Source: Thermofilaceae archaeon | Lineage (GTDB): Archaea; Thermoproteota; Thermoprotei; Thermofilales; Thermofilaceae | DNA length: 45,858 nucleotides | NCBI GenBank assembly: GCA_038727095.1 | Contig: JAVYWK010000014.1 | Location: forward strand, 1 to 45,858 | Direction: 5' to 3' | Shown here: one piece after another, positions 34,826-44,057 of the stretch | Position numbering within the stretch: the first letter of the stretch is position 1 | How the letters are laid out: the number at the start of each line of letters is the position of its first letter | Position numbers and translations under genes: made by a program | The notes under the pieces: model-generated | The model's database searches: none | Told to the model about the DNA's origin: nothing | The model's input: the letters and a program-made list of their open reading frames with translations, nothing else

Positions 34826-35898
34826 AGCGGCTCCTTCTACTCCTGGTGCTCACGCTCCTGCCGTTGGCAGCCGCCCAGGAGGGGTACTGGATCGCGCTGA
34901 ACTACGTTGTCGCCTTCTACGGCAACGGTACAGCGCTTGTTGAGGCTAAGTTCCACCCCTTCTCCGTCGACGGGAGGAGCCTCTTCGGGGACTTGGATGT
35001 GGAGAGGGAGATGAACGCATCGATACCGGGTATGCTGAATTACACGCTTCTCATGTTCGCCGACAACCCTCGACTCCTCAGGATCGGTCTACCCGACTAC
35101 AGGAAGGTGATGAACGAGACCGTCCTCTGCGATGTTGCGAACACGGGGGTGATGACGGAGTTTAAAGGGGCTTACGCTCTCTCAGTGCTCATTTACTTGA
35201 ACACGAGCAACTACATCCGGGTCCTCAACAGCACACTCTTCGAAGTAAAGGTTAGGGACAGCTTCACGAGCATGGACGTCCGGAGCTGGATTGACGTCAT
35301 AGAGTTCAGCTTCAAGGGCGCGGAACTCGTCGACTACAGGTGGGAGCCCCCATACGCGCGTGGACCGAGCGTCAAGCGCGAGGGTTACCTGCTCTGGATT
35401 AACCTCAACGAGCGGGAGGCACCCGACTTCTACGTCTTCACGCTGAGAGCACCGGAGTTCGTGTACGTCGGTGAGCCGGCCGAAGTTAAAGCGGCCATAT
35501 CGTCAGCCTCCTGCGGGCTAGGCGGGCTCTCCGTCGTAGTCTCCAACACGGGCGTAGAGAGCGGCTACGCCTACGTGAGGGTTCTCGCGGGCGGCGTAGA
35601 GCAGGCAAGGAAGATCTACCTCAGCTCTGGCGTCAGCAGGGAGGTGCGCTTTCCGGAGGTAGACTGCGCTGACGCGGTGGTTGAGCTGTACTCTGGCAGC
35701 CTACTGCTCGATAGGCGCGAAGTGATTGGCGAGGCTCCATCAACTCAGGTTGAAACTCGAGCGCTACTGCCGATAGCAGCCCTCGTAGCCATAGCCGCAA
35801 CCGTAGCGGCTATCGCCGCAGTAATCATCGTGGTAGTAGTTCAGCGACGCCACTCCCCTCCCCCTCGAGTACCCGAGCCCGGCGCAGCAGCACAGTAA
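34822..35898 (+). CDS. Hypothetical secreted protein with C-terminal membrane anchor
   Basis: Signal peptide MKRLLLLLVLTLLPLAAAQ, several N-x-S/T sequons, C-terminal TM; GTGA overlap with the upstream gene. Confidence 0.8.
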   Translation: MKRLLLLLVLTLLPLAAAQEGYWIALNYVVAFYGNGTALVEAKFHPFSVDGRSLFGDLDVEREMNASIPGMLNYTLLMFADNPRLLRIGLPDYRKVMNETVLCDVANTGVMTEFKGAYALSVLIYLNTSNYIRVLNSTLFEVKVRDSFTSMDVRSWIDVIEFSFKGAELVDYRWEPPYARGPSVKREGYLLWINLNEREAPDFYVFTLRAPEFVYVGEPAEVKAAISSASCGLGGLSVVVSNTGVESGYAYVRVLAGGVEQARKIYLSSGVSREVRFPEVDCADAVVELYSGSLLLDRREVIGEAPSTQVETRALLPIAALVAIAATVAAIAAVIIVVVVQRRHSPPPRVPEPGAAAQ

Positions 35899-35941
35899 TT
35901 TTTAATGGAAAGGTTTTTCTAGAGAAATTCAAGCCGGCTGC

Positions 35942-37015
35942 GTGGCGAAAATCCGCGTCGGAATAGTTGGTGCGGGGGGTATAGCAAACAACCACGCGCA
36001 ATACTACAGGGAGATCCCTGACGTTGAGCTCGCCGCAGTAGCCGATGTGAACGTTGAGAGAACCAGGGAATTCGCCCTAAGGTGGGGAGTACCACCTGAA
36101 GGTGTTTTCCAGGATTACCGGGAGATGCTGGATAGCGTCAAGCTGGACGCAGTGAGCGTCTGCACCCCGCACGCAGTCCACGCGAAGCCGTCGATAGAGG
36201 CTCTGCGGAGGGGTGTGCACGTCCTCGTCGAGAAGCCGATGGCTTCGAGCGGCGCGGAGGCCCTCGAGATGTACAGGGCTGCGAAGGCCTCCGGGAAGAT
36301 CCTCATGGTGGGTTTCCAGACGCGCTGGTCCCCCGAGCTGAGGACAGCTCGAAGCATCGTGATGTCGGGGGCTCTCGGTAAGGTTTACTACGGTGAAGCC
36401 ACGCTTGGTGGCAGAAGGCGAGGCATCCCGGGTTCACCCACGTTCCTGAAGCGGGAGCTCGCGGGCGGGGGAGTGCTCCTCGACATCGGGTGCTACGCGA
36501 TTGACAACATGATGTACGTCCTAGGCCACCCTACTCCGCGCACGGTTTCCGCCGTGACCGTGGCCGCGATTGGGCCGCAGAAGGAGGCTGTGGTTGAGGG
36601 GGGCTGGGGCTGGGATCCATCCATGTTCGAGGTGGAGGACTTCGTAGCCGCCTTCATACGGTTTGAGGGCGGTCTCACAATCGTCTTGAAGGAGAGCTGG
36701 GCGATGCACGCGAACACGCTGGGCTCGCCCTTCATCCTCGGCACGAAGGGAGGGCTCAGGCTCTCGCCGCTCGAGCTGTACAGGGACGAGTTTGGGCGCA
36801 TGACGACAACGACCTTCATGTTACCGCAGGTCGACATCTACAGGGAGAGGATCAGGAACTTCATCGAAGCTGTGAGGAGGGGTGGACCTTCACCGATAGA
36901 TCCCCGAGAGATCGTCATGGAGATGTTCATCATCGATGCCATCTACGAGTCCGCATCTAAAGGCAGGGAAGTGGAGGTTAAACTACCCGGCGAGCTACTC
37001 CCGCATGGGAGGTAG
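35942..37015 (+). CDS. Gfo/Idh/MocA family oxidoreductase
   Basis: VGIVGAGGIA, VCTPHAVH, HVLVEKPMA, AGGGVLLDIGCY. Confidence 0.93.
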   Translation: MAKIRVGIVGAGGIANNHAQYYREIPDVELAAVADVNVERTREFALRWGVPPEGVFQDYREMLDSVKLDAVSVCTPHAVHAKPSIEALRRGVHVLVEKPMASSGAEALEMYRAAKASGKILMVGFQTRWSPELRTARSIVMSGALGKVYYGEATLGGRRRGIPGSPTFLKRELAGGGVLLDIGCYAIDNMMYVLGHPTPRTVSAVTVAAIGPQKEAVVEGGWGWDPSMFEVEDFVAAFIRFEGGLTIVLKESWAMHANTLGSPFILGTKGGLRLSPLELYRDEFGRMTTTTFMLPQVDIYRERIRNFIEAVRRGGPSPIDPREIVMEMFIIDAIYESASKGREVEVKLPGELLPHGR

Positions 37016-38053
37016 TCAGCGGGTCGCAACCCACTGGAGCGCCTCCACTACGCGGCCCTCCGGCGTTTCGAGCCTTGCGAGGAGCTCTCCCGCTTTTCTT
37101 ACGCTTTCGTCAACCATCGACGCCTCCAGGGATGCGATAGCCTCTGCGAGCTCCTCCGGCTGCCCCACCCACCTTTTGAGGGGGAATCCGAGCGCTTCCA
37201 CGTACCTGCTAACCTTCAGCTCTAGGGGGAAGGTGTAGAACGAGGGGACGCCCAGCAGCGCGGCCTCCCTAGCCATTGTCCCACCCCCGGTAACGGCGGC
37301 TAACGCGTGGTAGGCCAATTCCAACCCGTCCACGCACCCCACGGGCGTGATGTACCCCCGCTCGGCGGCAGCAGCCCTCTGCTCCTCGTACCTTGGTAGG
37401 ACTACGACCTGCAGACCGCGCCTCCTCAACGTCTCGCACAGCTCCAGCCAGGCCCACCCGCCCCACGAGTAGTAGGCAGCCTTGTACTCCTCCGGCCTGA
37501 CGACCACGTACTTCCTCCTCTCGAGGCCGAGTTCAGCGACCGTCGAACCCCTGGGCTTAAAGCGCTTGACCCAGAGGGCTTCGTCAACCCCCCTGTAGTG
37601 GAAAACCCTCGCGTCGGGGGCTAGGTACTTTTCGAACTCCCCCTTCAACGCCTCTGAAGCTACGAGAGCCGAGGCTAGAGGTAGCGAAAGCCTGTTAGCT
37701 GCCTCAGCGTGGGGCGTGTCGTTCAGAGCGATGTAAGGGATCCCTAAGCCGAAGGCCACGCGCGAAGCCGACGGGTTGGGGTAAGCCACAAGAGCTTTCG
37801 GCTCCAACCTCGAGATTGTGTGTGCCAGCGCGGTAACCCTCTCGGCATCCGCGATCAGCTTGCCCAGCCTAGTCTCACCCCCGTACGCCCCCACGATCGC
37901 GGGGTGGAGCCCGTACATCTCTATCGTGGCTCGCGTACACTCGTGCTCCCTGCAGGTCACTAGAACCTCGAACCCCCGCTCGCCGAGCGAGAGAGCCAGG
38001 CACGCGGTCAACCGCCCCTGCTTCGGGGTGAGCGCGTCGAGCCAGACCCTCAA
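37016..38053 (-). CDS. DUF354 family protein (predicted GT-B glycosyltransferase-like)
   Basis: VWLDALTPKQ, VVVRPEEYKAAY, GGGTMAREAALLGVP. Confidence 0.87.
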   Translation of the reverse strand: MRVWLDALTPKQGRLTACLALSLGERGFEVLVTCREHECTRATIEMYGLHPAIVGAYGGETRLGKLIADAERVTALAHTISRLEPKALVAYPNPSASRVAFGLGIPYIALNDTPHAEAANRLSLPLASALVASEALKGEFEKYLAPDARVFHYRGVDEALWVKRFKPRGSTVAELGLERRKYVVVRPEEYKAAYYSWGGWAWLELCETLRRRGLQVVVLPRYEEQRAAAAERGYITPVGCVDGLELAYHALAAVTGGGTMAREAALLGVPSFYTFPLELKVSRYVEALGFPLKRWVGQPEELAEAIASLEASMVDESVRKAGELLARLETPEGRVVEALQWVATR

Positions 38054-38856
38054 GACCGCTCCACCCTTTCAACCCTAGCGCCCAGAGCAAGGAGCTCCTT
38101 CTCGAGGAGGGAGGCTGCCGCTTCAGCTAGCTCAACCGCCCGAGCGGGATCGCGGTTGTACGCTGTAACGTGAAGCTCCAGCACGGGCTCACCCATCTCA
38201 GCTCCTCGAGGGTGGCTTTTCACGTAGATCTCAGGGCTGAGCTTGATCGCCCTCCTGATCACGGGGGCTGCCAGCGACTCGGGGACACCGCGGACTCTCA
38301 GGAGGAGCTCGCTGCGGAAGGGTAACTCCCTGAAGCTCTTGAGCCTCGGCTCCACGTAGGACGTGAACATGGCCTCCATCTCGGCGGGAACACCGGGGAG
38401 CAGGAAGATCAGCGCACCCCTCCATTCGGCCTCGACGCCGGGCGCAGTGCCAATCGGGTTCGGTATCGGCCTCGTGCCCCTCGGCATTCTCGCCATCTTG
38501 ATTCTGCTCTCCGTCAGCTCCCCCTTGTACTTCTCCCTCACCATCCTCAAGGCTTCCTCGTCCAGCTCCAGCTCAACCCCCATCGCCCTCGCCAGCCCCT
38601 CAGCCGTCACGTCGTCGAAGGTGGGCCCCAGCCCGCCCGTGGATACGACGACGCACGCCCCCCGCTCAACGGCTGTGGTGAAGGCCCAGGCTATAGCCTC
38701 CAGCTCGTCGGGGACGATCAGTCCGCCTTCCACCCTGAACCCGAGCTCCGTCAGCCTCCGGCCCAGCCATGCAATGTTCGTGTTCACAACCCTCCCGATG
38801 AGCAGCTCGTTTCCCACCGAGACTAGGTACGCCCTGGGACCCGGTGCCAGCCCCAT
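38050..38856 (-). CDS. CinA N-terminal-like molybdopterin-binding domain protein (NMN deamidase-related)
   Basis: SVGNELLIGRVVNTN, STGGLGPTFDDVT, NPIGTAPG, LPGVPAEM, YVKSHPRG. Confidence 0.9.
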   Translation of the reverse strand: MGLAPGPRAYLVSVGNELLIGRVVNTNIAWLGRRLTELGFRVEGGLIVPDELEAIAWAFTTAVERGACVVVSTGGLGPTFDDVTAEGLARAMGVELELDEEALRMVREKYKGELTESRIKMARMPRGTRPIPNPIGTAPGVEAEWRGALIFLLPGVPAEMEAMFTSYVEPRLKSFRELPFRSELLLRVRGVPESLAAPVIRRAIKLSPEIYVKSHPRGAEMGEPVLELHVTAYNRDPARAVELAEAAASLLEKELLALGARVERVERS

Positions 38857-38948
38857 CGCCCCTGCAGCACCTTTGGGGCGGTTAAGGCTTCCGCTCGAGT
38901 TACCGTTTTAAGCCGCCCGAAGGGGGAGGCTGCCAAGGTGGAAACGCG

Positions 38949-39977
38949 TTGCAGGTCAGCGAAGTGCGCCTCTTCGGCCGGAAGCTGCCACTGGTGAAAC
39001 TTGAGGAGGGAGAGGAGGCTGTCGTGGTCTCCGATACGCACTTCGGCCTCAACCATCAGGGTCTCTTCGTCACGAGGTTTAGGGAGCTTGAGAGCTTCTT
39101 CAAGCACCTAGCTGAGGGTAGGCGCCCCTCGTTAGTCGTTCTGCTGGGCGACATCTTCGAGTTCTGGACCGCCCGCGTCAGGGACATCGTCAGCACAGCG
39201 CTCGCCCCGCTGAGGAGGCTCGCTGAGCTGGATACGCTGGTAGCCTACGTCGTCGGAAACCACGATCGAGTCGTCGCCCACCTTGGTAGGGACGGCATGT
39301 TCGTGAGCGAGAACGTCCTTGTGGTGCCCGAGATGATGGTCGTCGAGTGCGGCGGGAGGAAGGGGTTGCTGCTTCACGGGCACCAGCTCGACTGGAAGTT
39401 CACGAAGCTGAAGGGGCTGTGGAGGATCGAATCCTCCCTATACCTGTTGACGGAATCCCTCTCAACCCTGCCAGGGTCTCTCGAGTGGGTGCTCGCCGCT
39501 ACCTATGCGGCGATAACGCCCGTCATGCTGTACTTGACAGAGGGCGCGCCGTTCGCCTACAGGGTCTTCGCGATGATGTCGGCGATCCTCCTCTCCGCCC
39601 CCCTCCTCATGCTCACGCTCAGGATCACCCAGGGGAAGCTGTGGTACGGCCTCATACAGCCGGTGGCGGATGTTCTAATGAAGGGCAGGTTGAGGGGGAG
39701 GGCTTTCTCGTCGGCCGCTGTTAACAGACCGCTGGAGAGGATGCTGAGCGAGATGGAGGCCGCCGGGTTAGGGCGCCTTGACTTCGTGATCTTCGGCCAC
39801 ACGCATGTACCAGAGCTCGCCGTGAACGGTGAAGGGAGGGTTATAGCTAACAGCGGGAGCTGGGTGGCCGAGCCCGGAGTCCCGTGCTGCACGCTGATCA
39901 GGCTCCGCTCGGGCGGGATAACGCTTGCCAAGTGGAGCGGAAACGGGGAGGAAGTGCTCGCTGAGCACAGCTTCTAG
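38949..39977 (+). CDS. Calcineurin-like metallophosphoesterase (LpxH-like) with internal TM insertion
   Basis: SDTHFG, LGDIFE, GNHD, HGHQLD, FGHTH, NSGSW. Confidence 0.85.
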   Translation: MQVSEVRLFGRKLPLVKLEEGEEAVVVSDTHFGLNHQGLFVTRFRELESFFKHLAEGRRPSLVVLLGDIFEFWTARVRDIVSTALAPLRRLAELDTLVAYVVGNHDRVVAHLGRDGMFVSENVLVVPEMMVVECGGRKGLLLHGHQLDWKFTKLKGLWRIESSLYLLTESLSTLPGSLEWVLAATYAAITPVMLYLTEGAPFAYRVFAMMSAILLSAPLLMLTLRITQGKLWYGLIQPVADVLMKGRLRGRAFSSAAVNRPLERMLSEMEAAGLGRLDFVIFGHTHVPELAVNGEGRVIANSGSWVAEPGVPCCTLIRLRSGGITLAKWSGNGEEVLAEHSF

Positions 39978-40852
39978 GCTTCAACGATGAAGCGGAGGGC
40001 GATGGGTAGGATGGCGAAGCAGATAGACGTCAGGAGGAGAACGATGACAGCCCCTCTCTCCGGGTTCGAGCCGTAGACGCTGCAGAGGATCCCAGCGGTA
40101 ACGGCTGGCGGCATCATCGACTCGAGCAGCGCAACCTTGTAGGGCAGGCTTCCCCCCTCGAAGATGAGGGGTGCCAGCGCCCACAGGGTTGCGGGTGCGA
40201 TGATGAACCTTACGATGGACACCTTGACCGCGTCCCCCACGTGAGAGGGCCTGAGCTTCACCATACGCATACCCAAAGTGAGGAGCGCGATGTACGGCGC
40301 CGCGTTTCCAACCGCTGAGACAGCCTCCAGCACCGGGCTCGGGATGATCACTTCGGCCAACGAAAGGAGGAGGCCTAGGGCGATGGCGTAGAGGGGCGGG
40401 AACTTCGATAGCTCCCTCAACCCCTCCCTCAGTCGCCCCTTCAAGAGGAGGGGGGCGGATAGGTAGCCGATCGAGGCGTTGAAGAGTATGTAGAAGCTCA
40501 CGAGGGGTAGGGCTTCAGCGCCCCAAAGGGCTCGGGCGAGTGGGATGGGGATGTAGCCAGCGTTCACGTACGTTGAGAGGAGCATCAACTCCCGATCCCT
40601 CGTCAGTGCGTAGGAGGAGGCGAGCGACACGAGAGCGACGAGGAGGACGGCCACCCCCATACGGGCTAACCCCTCCCCCGTGTTCCCGGCCCCGTAGACG
40701 GATGTGAAGAGGAGGAGGGGTAGGAGGATCGCTAGGACAACCCTTGACAGCTCGCCCACTACCCTCTCATCCGGCTTAGCGAAGGCCGCGTAGATCGCGC
40801 CCAAGGCCGCTGGGGCGTACAGTTCGATTACAGCTTTCCAGAGGCTCTGCGT
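39974..40852 (-). CDS. AEC (auxin efflux carrier / malate permease) family transporter
   Basis: NAGYIPIP, FPPLYA, LESMMPPAV; multiple TMs. Start uncertain: TTG 40804 or in-frame ACG 40852. Confidence 0.85.
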   Translation of the reverse strand, partial: TQSLWKAVIELYAPAALGAIYAAFAKPDERVVGELSRVVLAILLPLLLFTSVYGAGNTGEGLARMGVAVLLVALVSLASSYALTRDRELMLLSTYVNAGYIPIPLARALWGAEALPLVSFYILFNASIGYLSAPLLLKGRLREGLRELSKFPPLYAIALGLLLSLAEVIIPSPVLEAVSAVGNAAPYIALLTLGMRMVKLRPSHVGDAVKVSIVRFIIAPATLWALAPLIFEGGSLPYKVALLESMMPPAVTAGILCSVYGSNPERGAVIVLLLTSICFAILPIALRFIVEA

Positions 40853-40862
40853 ACTCTACCAC

Positions 40863-41408
40863 CTAGACCCTGAGGATCCCCGGGTGCAGAAGGTTCAGGT
40901 TGTGCGCGCAGCGTGCGCAGAAGCGGTGGGTTTTTGCGTCAACCTCCACGATCGAGTTGCTGAACCTCATTACGCACCTAGGCGTCCTGCAGTGCTCGAG
41001 GCCCAGCGCGTGACCCAGCTCGTGTACCGCCTCTTTGAGCAGCCTACTTAGGAACACGTCGTCGCTGGTTGGTTGGTCATAGAACTCCGGCTTGAGCCTT
41101 GCGAGGAAAACCACACCCCCCCAACCCGGCCTCGCTATCCCGAAGATGAAGTTGAGGCCCTCAACGTAGGCGTCCGAGTCGATTAGGACAAGAGAGAGGG
41201 GCGGCAGCTCCCTAGCCAGCTCCTCGACAAGCAGGTCGGCTCTCACCTGCTCCCTCTCCTCGTCGTAGAAGCCCAGCACGCGGCCCGGGCTCAACCCTTT
41301 TCCCACCACCACTTCCAGCGCGAATAGTCCGCGGAGCTCAGCGGCCAGCCAGTTGACCACCCTGCTCTCTACGTTGACGGGCTCCACCCTGATGCTCAGT
41401 GGAAGCAC
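40863..41408 (-). CDS. amzA: Archaemetzincin Zn-dependent metalloprotease
   Basis: LNFIFG, KEAVHELGHALGLEHC, CVMRFSNS, FCARC. Confidence 0.93.
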   Translation of the reverse strand: MLPLSIRVEPVNVESRVVNWLAAELRGLFALEVVVGKGLSPGRVLGFYDEEREQVRADLLVEELARELPPLSLVLIDSDAYVEGLNFIFGIARPGWGGVVFLARLKPEFYDQPTSDDVFLSRLLKEAVHELGHALGLEHCRTPRCVMRFSNSIVEVDAKTHRFCARCAHNLNLLHPGILRV

Positions 41409-41497
41409 GTGATGGGAGCGAGTCTTTCGCCTAAAACGATTTCGTAAGAGCCGGAACTAAACGTTTTATAGCGGGCCATCCTAGCACCACCGGAAGT

Positions 41498-42166
41498 ATG
41501 AAGCGTTACGAGCTGCTCGCGCTGCTCTTGGAACTCGCTAGGCAGGGTTGCGCTCGGGCCCCCGTTGCCATTGATAAGGTGCTCATTGCCTCGAATCTCG
41601 AGATTTCCGCCTGGACTCTGAACAAGTGGATTAGGGACGCCGCTCAGCTCGGTTACGTGGAGCTGGTCGCCAGCGGTAGAGGCAAACGCTGCCTGCTGAC
41701 CGAGAAAGCCACCTCCGAGCTCAGCTCCCTGCTCATAAGCTTGGAGTTGAGCTTGAAAGGGGTGAAGAGGCTCGTGCTTGCGGGCACGGTGTTCAAGGGC
41801 CTCGGCGAAGGCGCTTTCTACACGTCGCTTACCGATTACAGGGAGCACTTTAGAACCTTCCTGGGCTTCGACCCATACCCGGGGACCCTCAACGTCAGGC
41901 TTGACTCCGAGTCTGTTGCAAAGAGGAAGATCCTCGACAGCTACGAAGGCTACCGCATCCCACCGATCGTGAGGGGAGAGGTGGAGTACTGCGGAGCCCG
42001 CCTCTTCAGAGCGGTGATCAACGGCAGGCTGGAGGGCGGCGTAGTGATCCCGGATAAAACAGTCTACGGGCCCGACGTACTGGAGGTTCTCGCTAAAGTC
42101 TGCGTAAAGGAGGCTTTGGGGATCAAGGACGGAGATCGAGTCTCGATCGAGGTTCTACTCGGTTAA
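41498..42166 (+). CDS. ribK: CTP-dependent riboflavin kinase with N-terminal HTH domain (RbkR-like)
   Basis: GTVFKGLGEGAFY, LGFDPYPGTLNV, LEVLA, GIKDGDRV; N-terminal winged-HTH-like ~85 aa. Confidence 0.9.
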   Translation: MKRYELLALLLELARQGCARAPVAIDKVLIASNLEISAWTLNKWIRDAAQLGYVELVASGRGKRCLLTEKATSELSSLLISLELSLKGVKRLVLAGTVFKGLGEGAFYTSLTDYREHFRTFLGFDPYPGTLNVRLDSESVAKRKILDSYEGYRIPPIVRGEVEYCGARLFRAVINGRLEGGVVIPDKTVYGPDVLEVLAKVCVKEALGIKDGDRVSIEVLLG

Positions 42167-42171
42167 CCCGT

Positions 42172-42348
42172 ATGAGTCTACCGGTAGTACCCGTCGACGT
42201 GGAAGCGTGGGCTCGCCTCACAGCTCTGATAGCCCTCGCCTACTTCCTAGTCGTCGTAGGTTTGATCCTGCGGGCTTTCATCTTATCGCTCAGACACCGT
42301 CGACGGGCTAGGAGCCGCTTAGCGCTCAAGCGAGCCCCAACTCCCTGA
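42172..42348 (+). CDS. Small single-TM protein (58 aa), not in ORF track
   Basis: MSLPVVPVDVEAWARLTALIALAYFLVVVGLILRAFILSLRHRRRARSRLALKRAPTP; ATG 5 bp after the ribK stop; hydrophobic helix followed by basic tail. Confidence 0.6.
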   Translation: MSLPVVPVDVEAWARLTALIALAYFLVVVGLILRAFILSLRHRRRARSRLALKRAPTP

Positions 42349-42724
42349 GAATGCTGCGCGCGAGCTTTTCAGCCCTCCTCAGTTCGCCGGGAGTGGTCAT
42401 ACCCGCGAGGGGGCAGAAGCGGTCAACTTCCACGCCCCCGCTCTCCGGGTCGATGACTATCGGGTACATTGAGCAGCCAATCGGCCTGTAATCGTAGACG
42501 ACGCAGCGCCCACCGCTGTAGAAGAAGCATCGCCCACCCACGTTCCGTAGCCGGTGGAAGCGCCCATCGAATACTGCGAACTCCTCCCTCCTGTATCCGA
42601 GCAGCTCCAGCCTCTCAACGTCGCTAGGCGTGAGCACCATCTCAGTCTCCCTGCAGCACAACCCGCAGCTTAAGCAGTAGGGCCTCGCGACCCAAACCTT
42701 CGGTGTGGGTCTAGCGCCCCTCAT
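42326..42724 (-). CDS. YkgJ-family cysteine cluster protein
   Basis: CLSCGLCC, CFFY, CVVYDYRPIGCSMYP, CP; ATGA overlap with the upstream gene. Confidence 0.88.
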   Translation of the reverse strand: MRGARPTPKVWVARPYCLSCGLCCRETEMVLTPSDVERLELLGYRREEFAVFDGRFHRLRNVGGRCFFYSGGRCVVYDYRPIGCSMYPIVIDPESGGVEVDRFCPLAGMTTPGELRRAEKLARSILRELGLA

Positions 42725-43515
42725 AGGAGGGCGTTGAGGCACTCCTGAACGTCTCTCCCCCTGTACGAGACCGTCCTCCCATCGACGCGCTTGACGCCGG
42801 GGCGCTTTGCAACCCTATCCGCCTCCGCTGGGAGCAGGTAGACAACCTCCACCTCAACCTCCCCACCCGGGTTGAGCGGCTTCAAATCCCCCAGGGCTGC
42901 TTTCCTCACAGCTCTCTCCGCCGCCTCCCTGATCAGCCTCCAGGATACCTGCGGGTGGAGGCACTCGGCCGCGTACATGCTCGTCGCTCTCTTCACTGCA
43001 ACCCCTTCAATCCCGGGCAGGAGCTTCCTCGCCTCCTCGACTGCCGCCGCGTCTCCGGCGACCATCGCGAGCGGCACGTTAAAGCTCCCCGCGATAAAAG
43101 CCCAGAGGCCCACTTCCCCAACGGGAGTCCCGTTCACGCGGATCTCGACGATCGAGGAGTGGGATAGAGTGTGGCATAGCAGGGCGAGCGGGGCTCCCGC
43201 CATCGCGTGCGCGCCCACCGCCAGCACCGCACCGAAGCTCCCGTCGAGGCCCTCCATCTCGAGGATCCTACGACCCCTTATCAGCTTCGCAGCTGGGGGC
43301 AGCTCCTCGAGGATGATGCTGAACGCAGCGCCATGACCGTCGAGGACGACGACTTCGCTGGCCCCCCCTCTTAGCGCGCCCTCGACCGCTGCCCTCACGT
43401 CCCCCGTTAGCATCCTCCTAGCCTCCTCGTGGATCCGGCCGCCCGGGTTGATGTCCTCCCAGCTCCCGGCGACACCAGTGGCCCCTTCGAGATCGGTCAT
43501 TATGAAGACCTTCAT
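42721..43515 (-). CDS. dppA: D-aminopeptidase, peptidase M55 family
   Basis: MTDLEGATG, VLDGHG, VGAHA, HTLS, VGEVG, MVAGD. Confidence 0.92.
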   Translation of the reverse strand: MKVFIMTDLEGATGVAGSWEDINPGGRIHEEARRMLTGDVRAAVEGALRGGASEVVVLDGHGAAFSIILEELPPAAKLIRGRRILEMEGLDGSFGAVLAVGAHAMAGAPLALLCHTLSHSSIVEIRVNGTPVGEVGLWAFIAGSFNVPLAMVAGDAAAVEEARKLLPGIEGVAVKRATSMYAAECLHPQVSWRLIREAAERAVRKAALGDLKPLNPGGEVEVEVVYLLPAEADRVAKRPGVKRVDGRTVSYRGRDVQECLNALL

Positions 43516-43540
43516 CGATGGTTGCGGCGCGTCGAAGTAT

Positions 43541-43966
43541 TTAACCGTTCGCCCCCTCGATAACCCTCAGCGGCTGAACCAGGGTGAATCGGCAAGCCTC
43601 CTGCGAAACCTCCACGAAGGCCGCACCCACTCTCTTCGGAAACCACCTTCCCAGGGTGGAAAGGTGAGCTGAGGAGATGTGTGGAAGGGGGCAGAGGCTC
43701 TCGCAACCGGGCCACGATAGAGGGCATGGGTGCCGCACCGCCACCCTGATCTCCTCACCCTCCGCTTCAACGCTCGCTTCCACTCCGAAGGCAGCGTAAA
43801 GCCTGTCTAGGGCGTCGCGCCAACCCCCTTCCGCTTTCAGTCCGAACTTTTCCAGCACGGCTCTAGCAGCCTCCTCCGAGGCGATCTTGGAGAGGCCCGG
43901 GGTTAGGCATTTCAACTGGCAGAGGGCGCCCAGGTACGCCTTGAAGAACTCCTCCCTCAGGCTCAT
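43541..43966 (-). CDS. Hypothetical protein, V4R-like Cys pattern
   Basis: VRHPCPL...C...LCPLP...ACRFTL; likely start ATG 43966. Confidence 0.65.
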   Translation of the reverse strand: MSLREEFFKAYLGALCQLKCLTPGLSKIASEEAARAVLEKFGLKAEGGWRDALDRLYAAFGVEASVEAEGEEIRVAVRHPCPLSWPGCESLCPLPHISSAHLSTLGRWFPKRVGAAFVEVSQEACRFTLVQPLRVIEGANG

Positions 43967-44057
43967 TTCCCGCACCACGGCTGCCACCCTTCGGGTAAAA
44001 ACCCTTTTTGCCTGGGAGCCGAGGCAACCCTGGCGCGTGATTTTGTGGCGTGAGCAC

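Noticed and set aside
38363-38911. 182-aa Ser-rich plus-strand ORF
   Set aside because: Exact antisense of the cinA-like gene.
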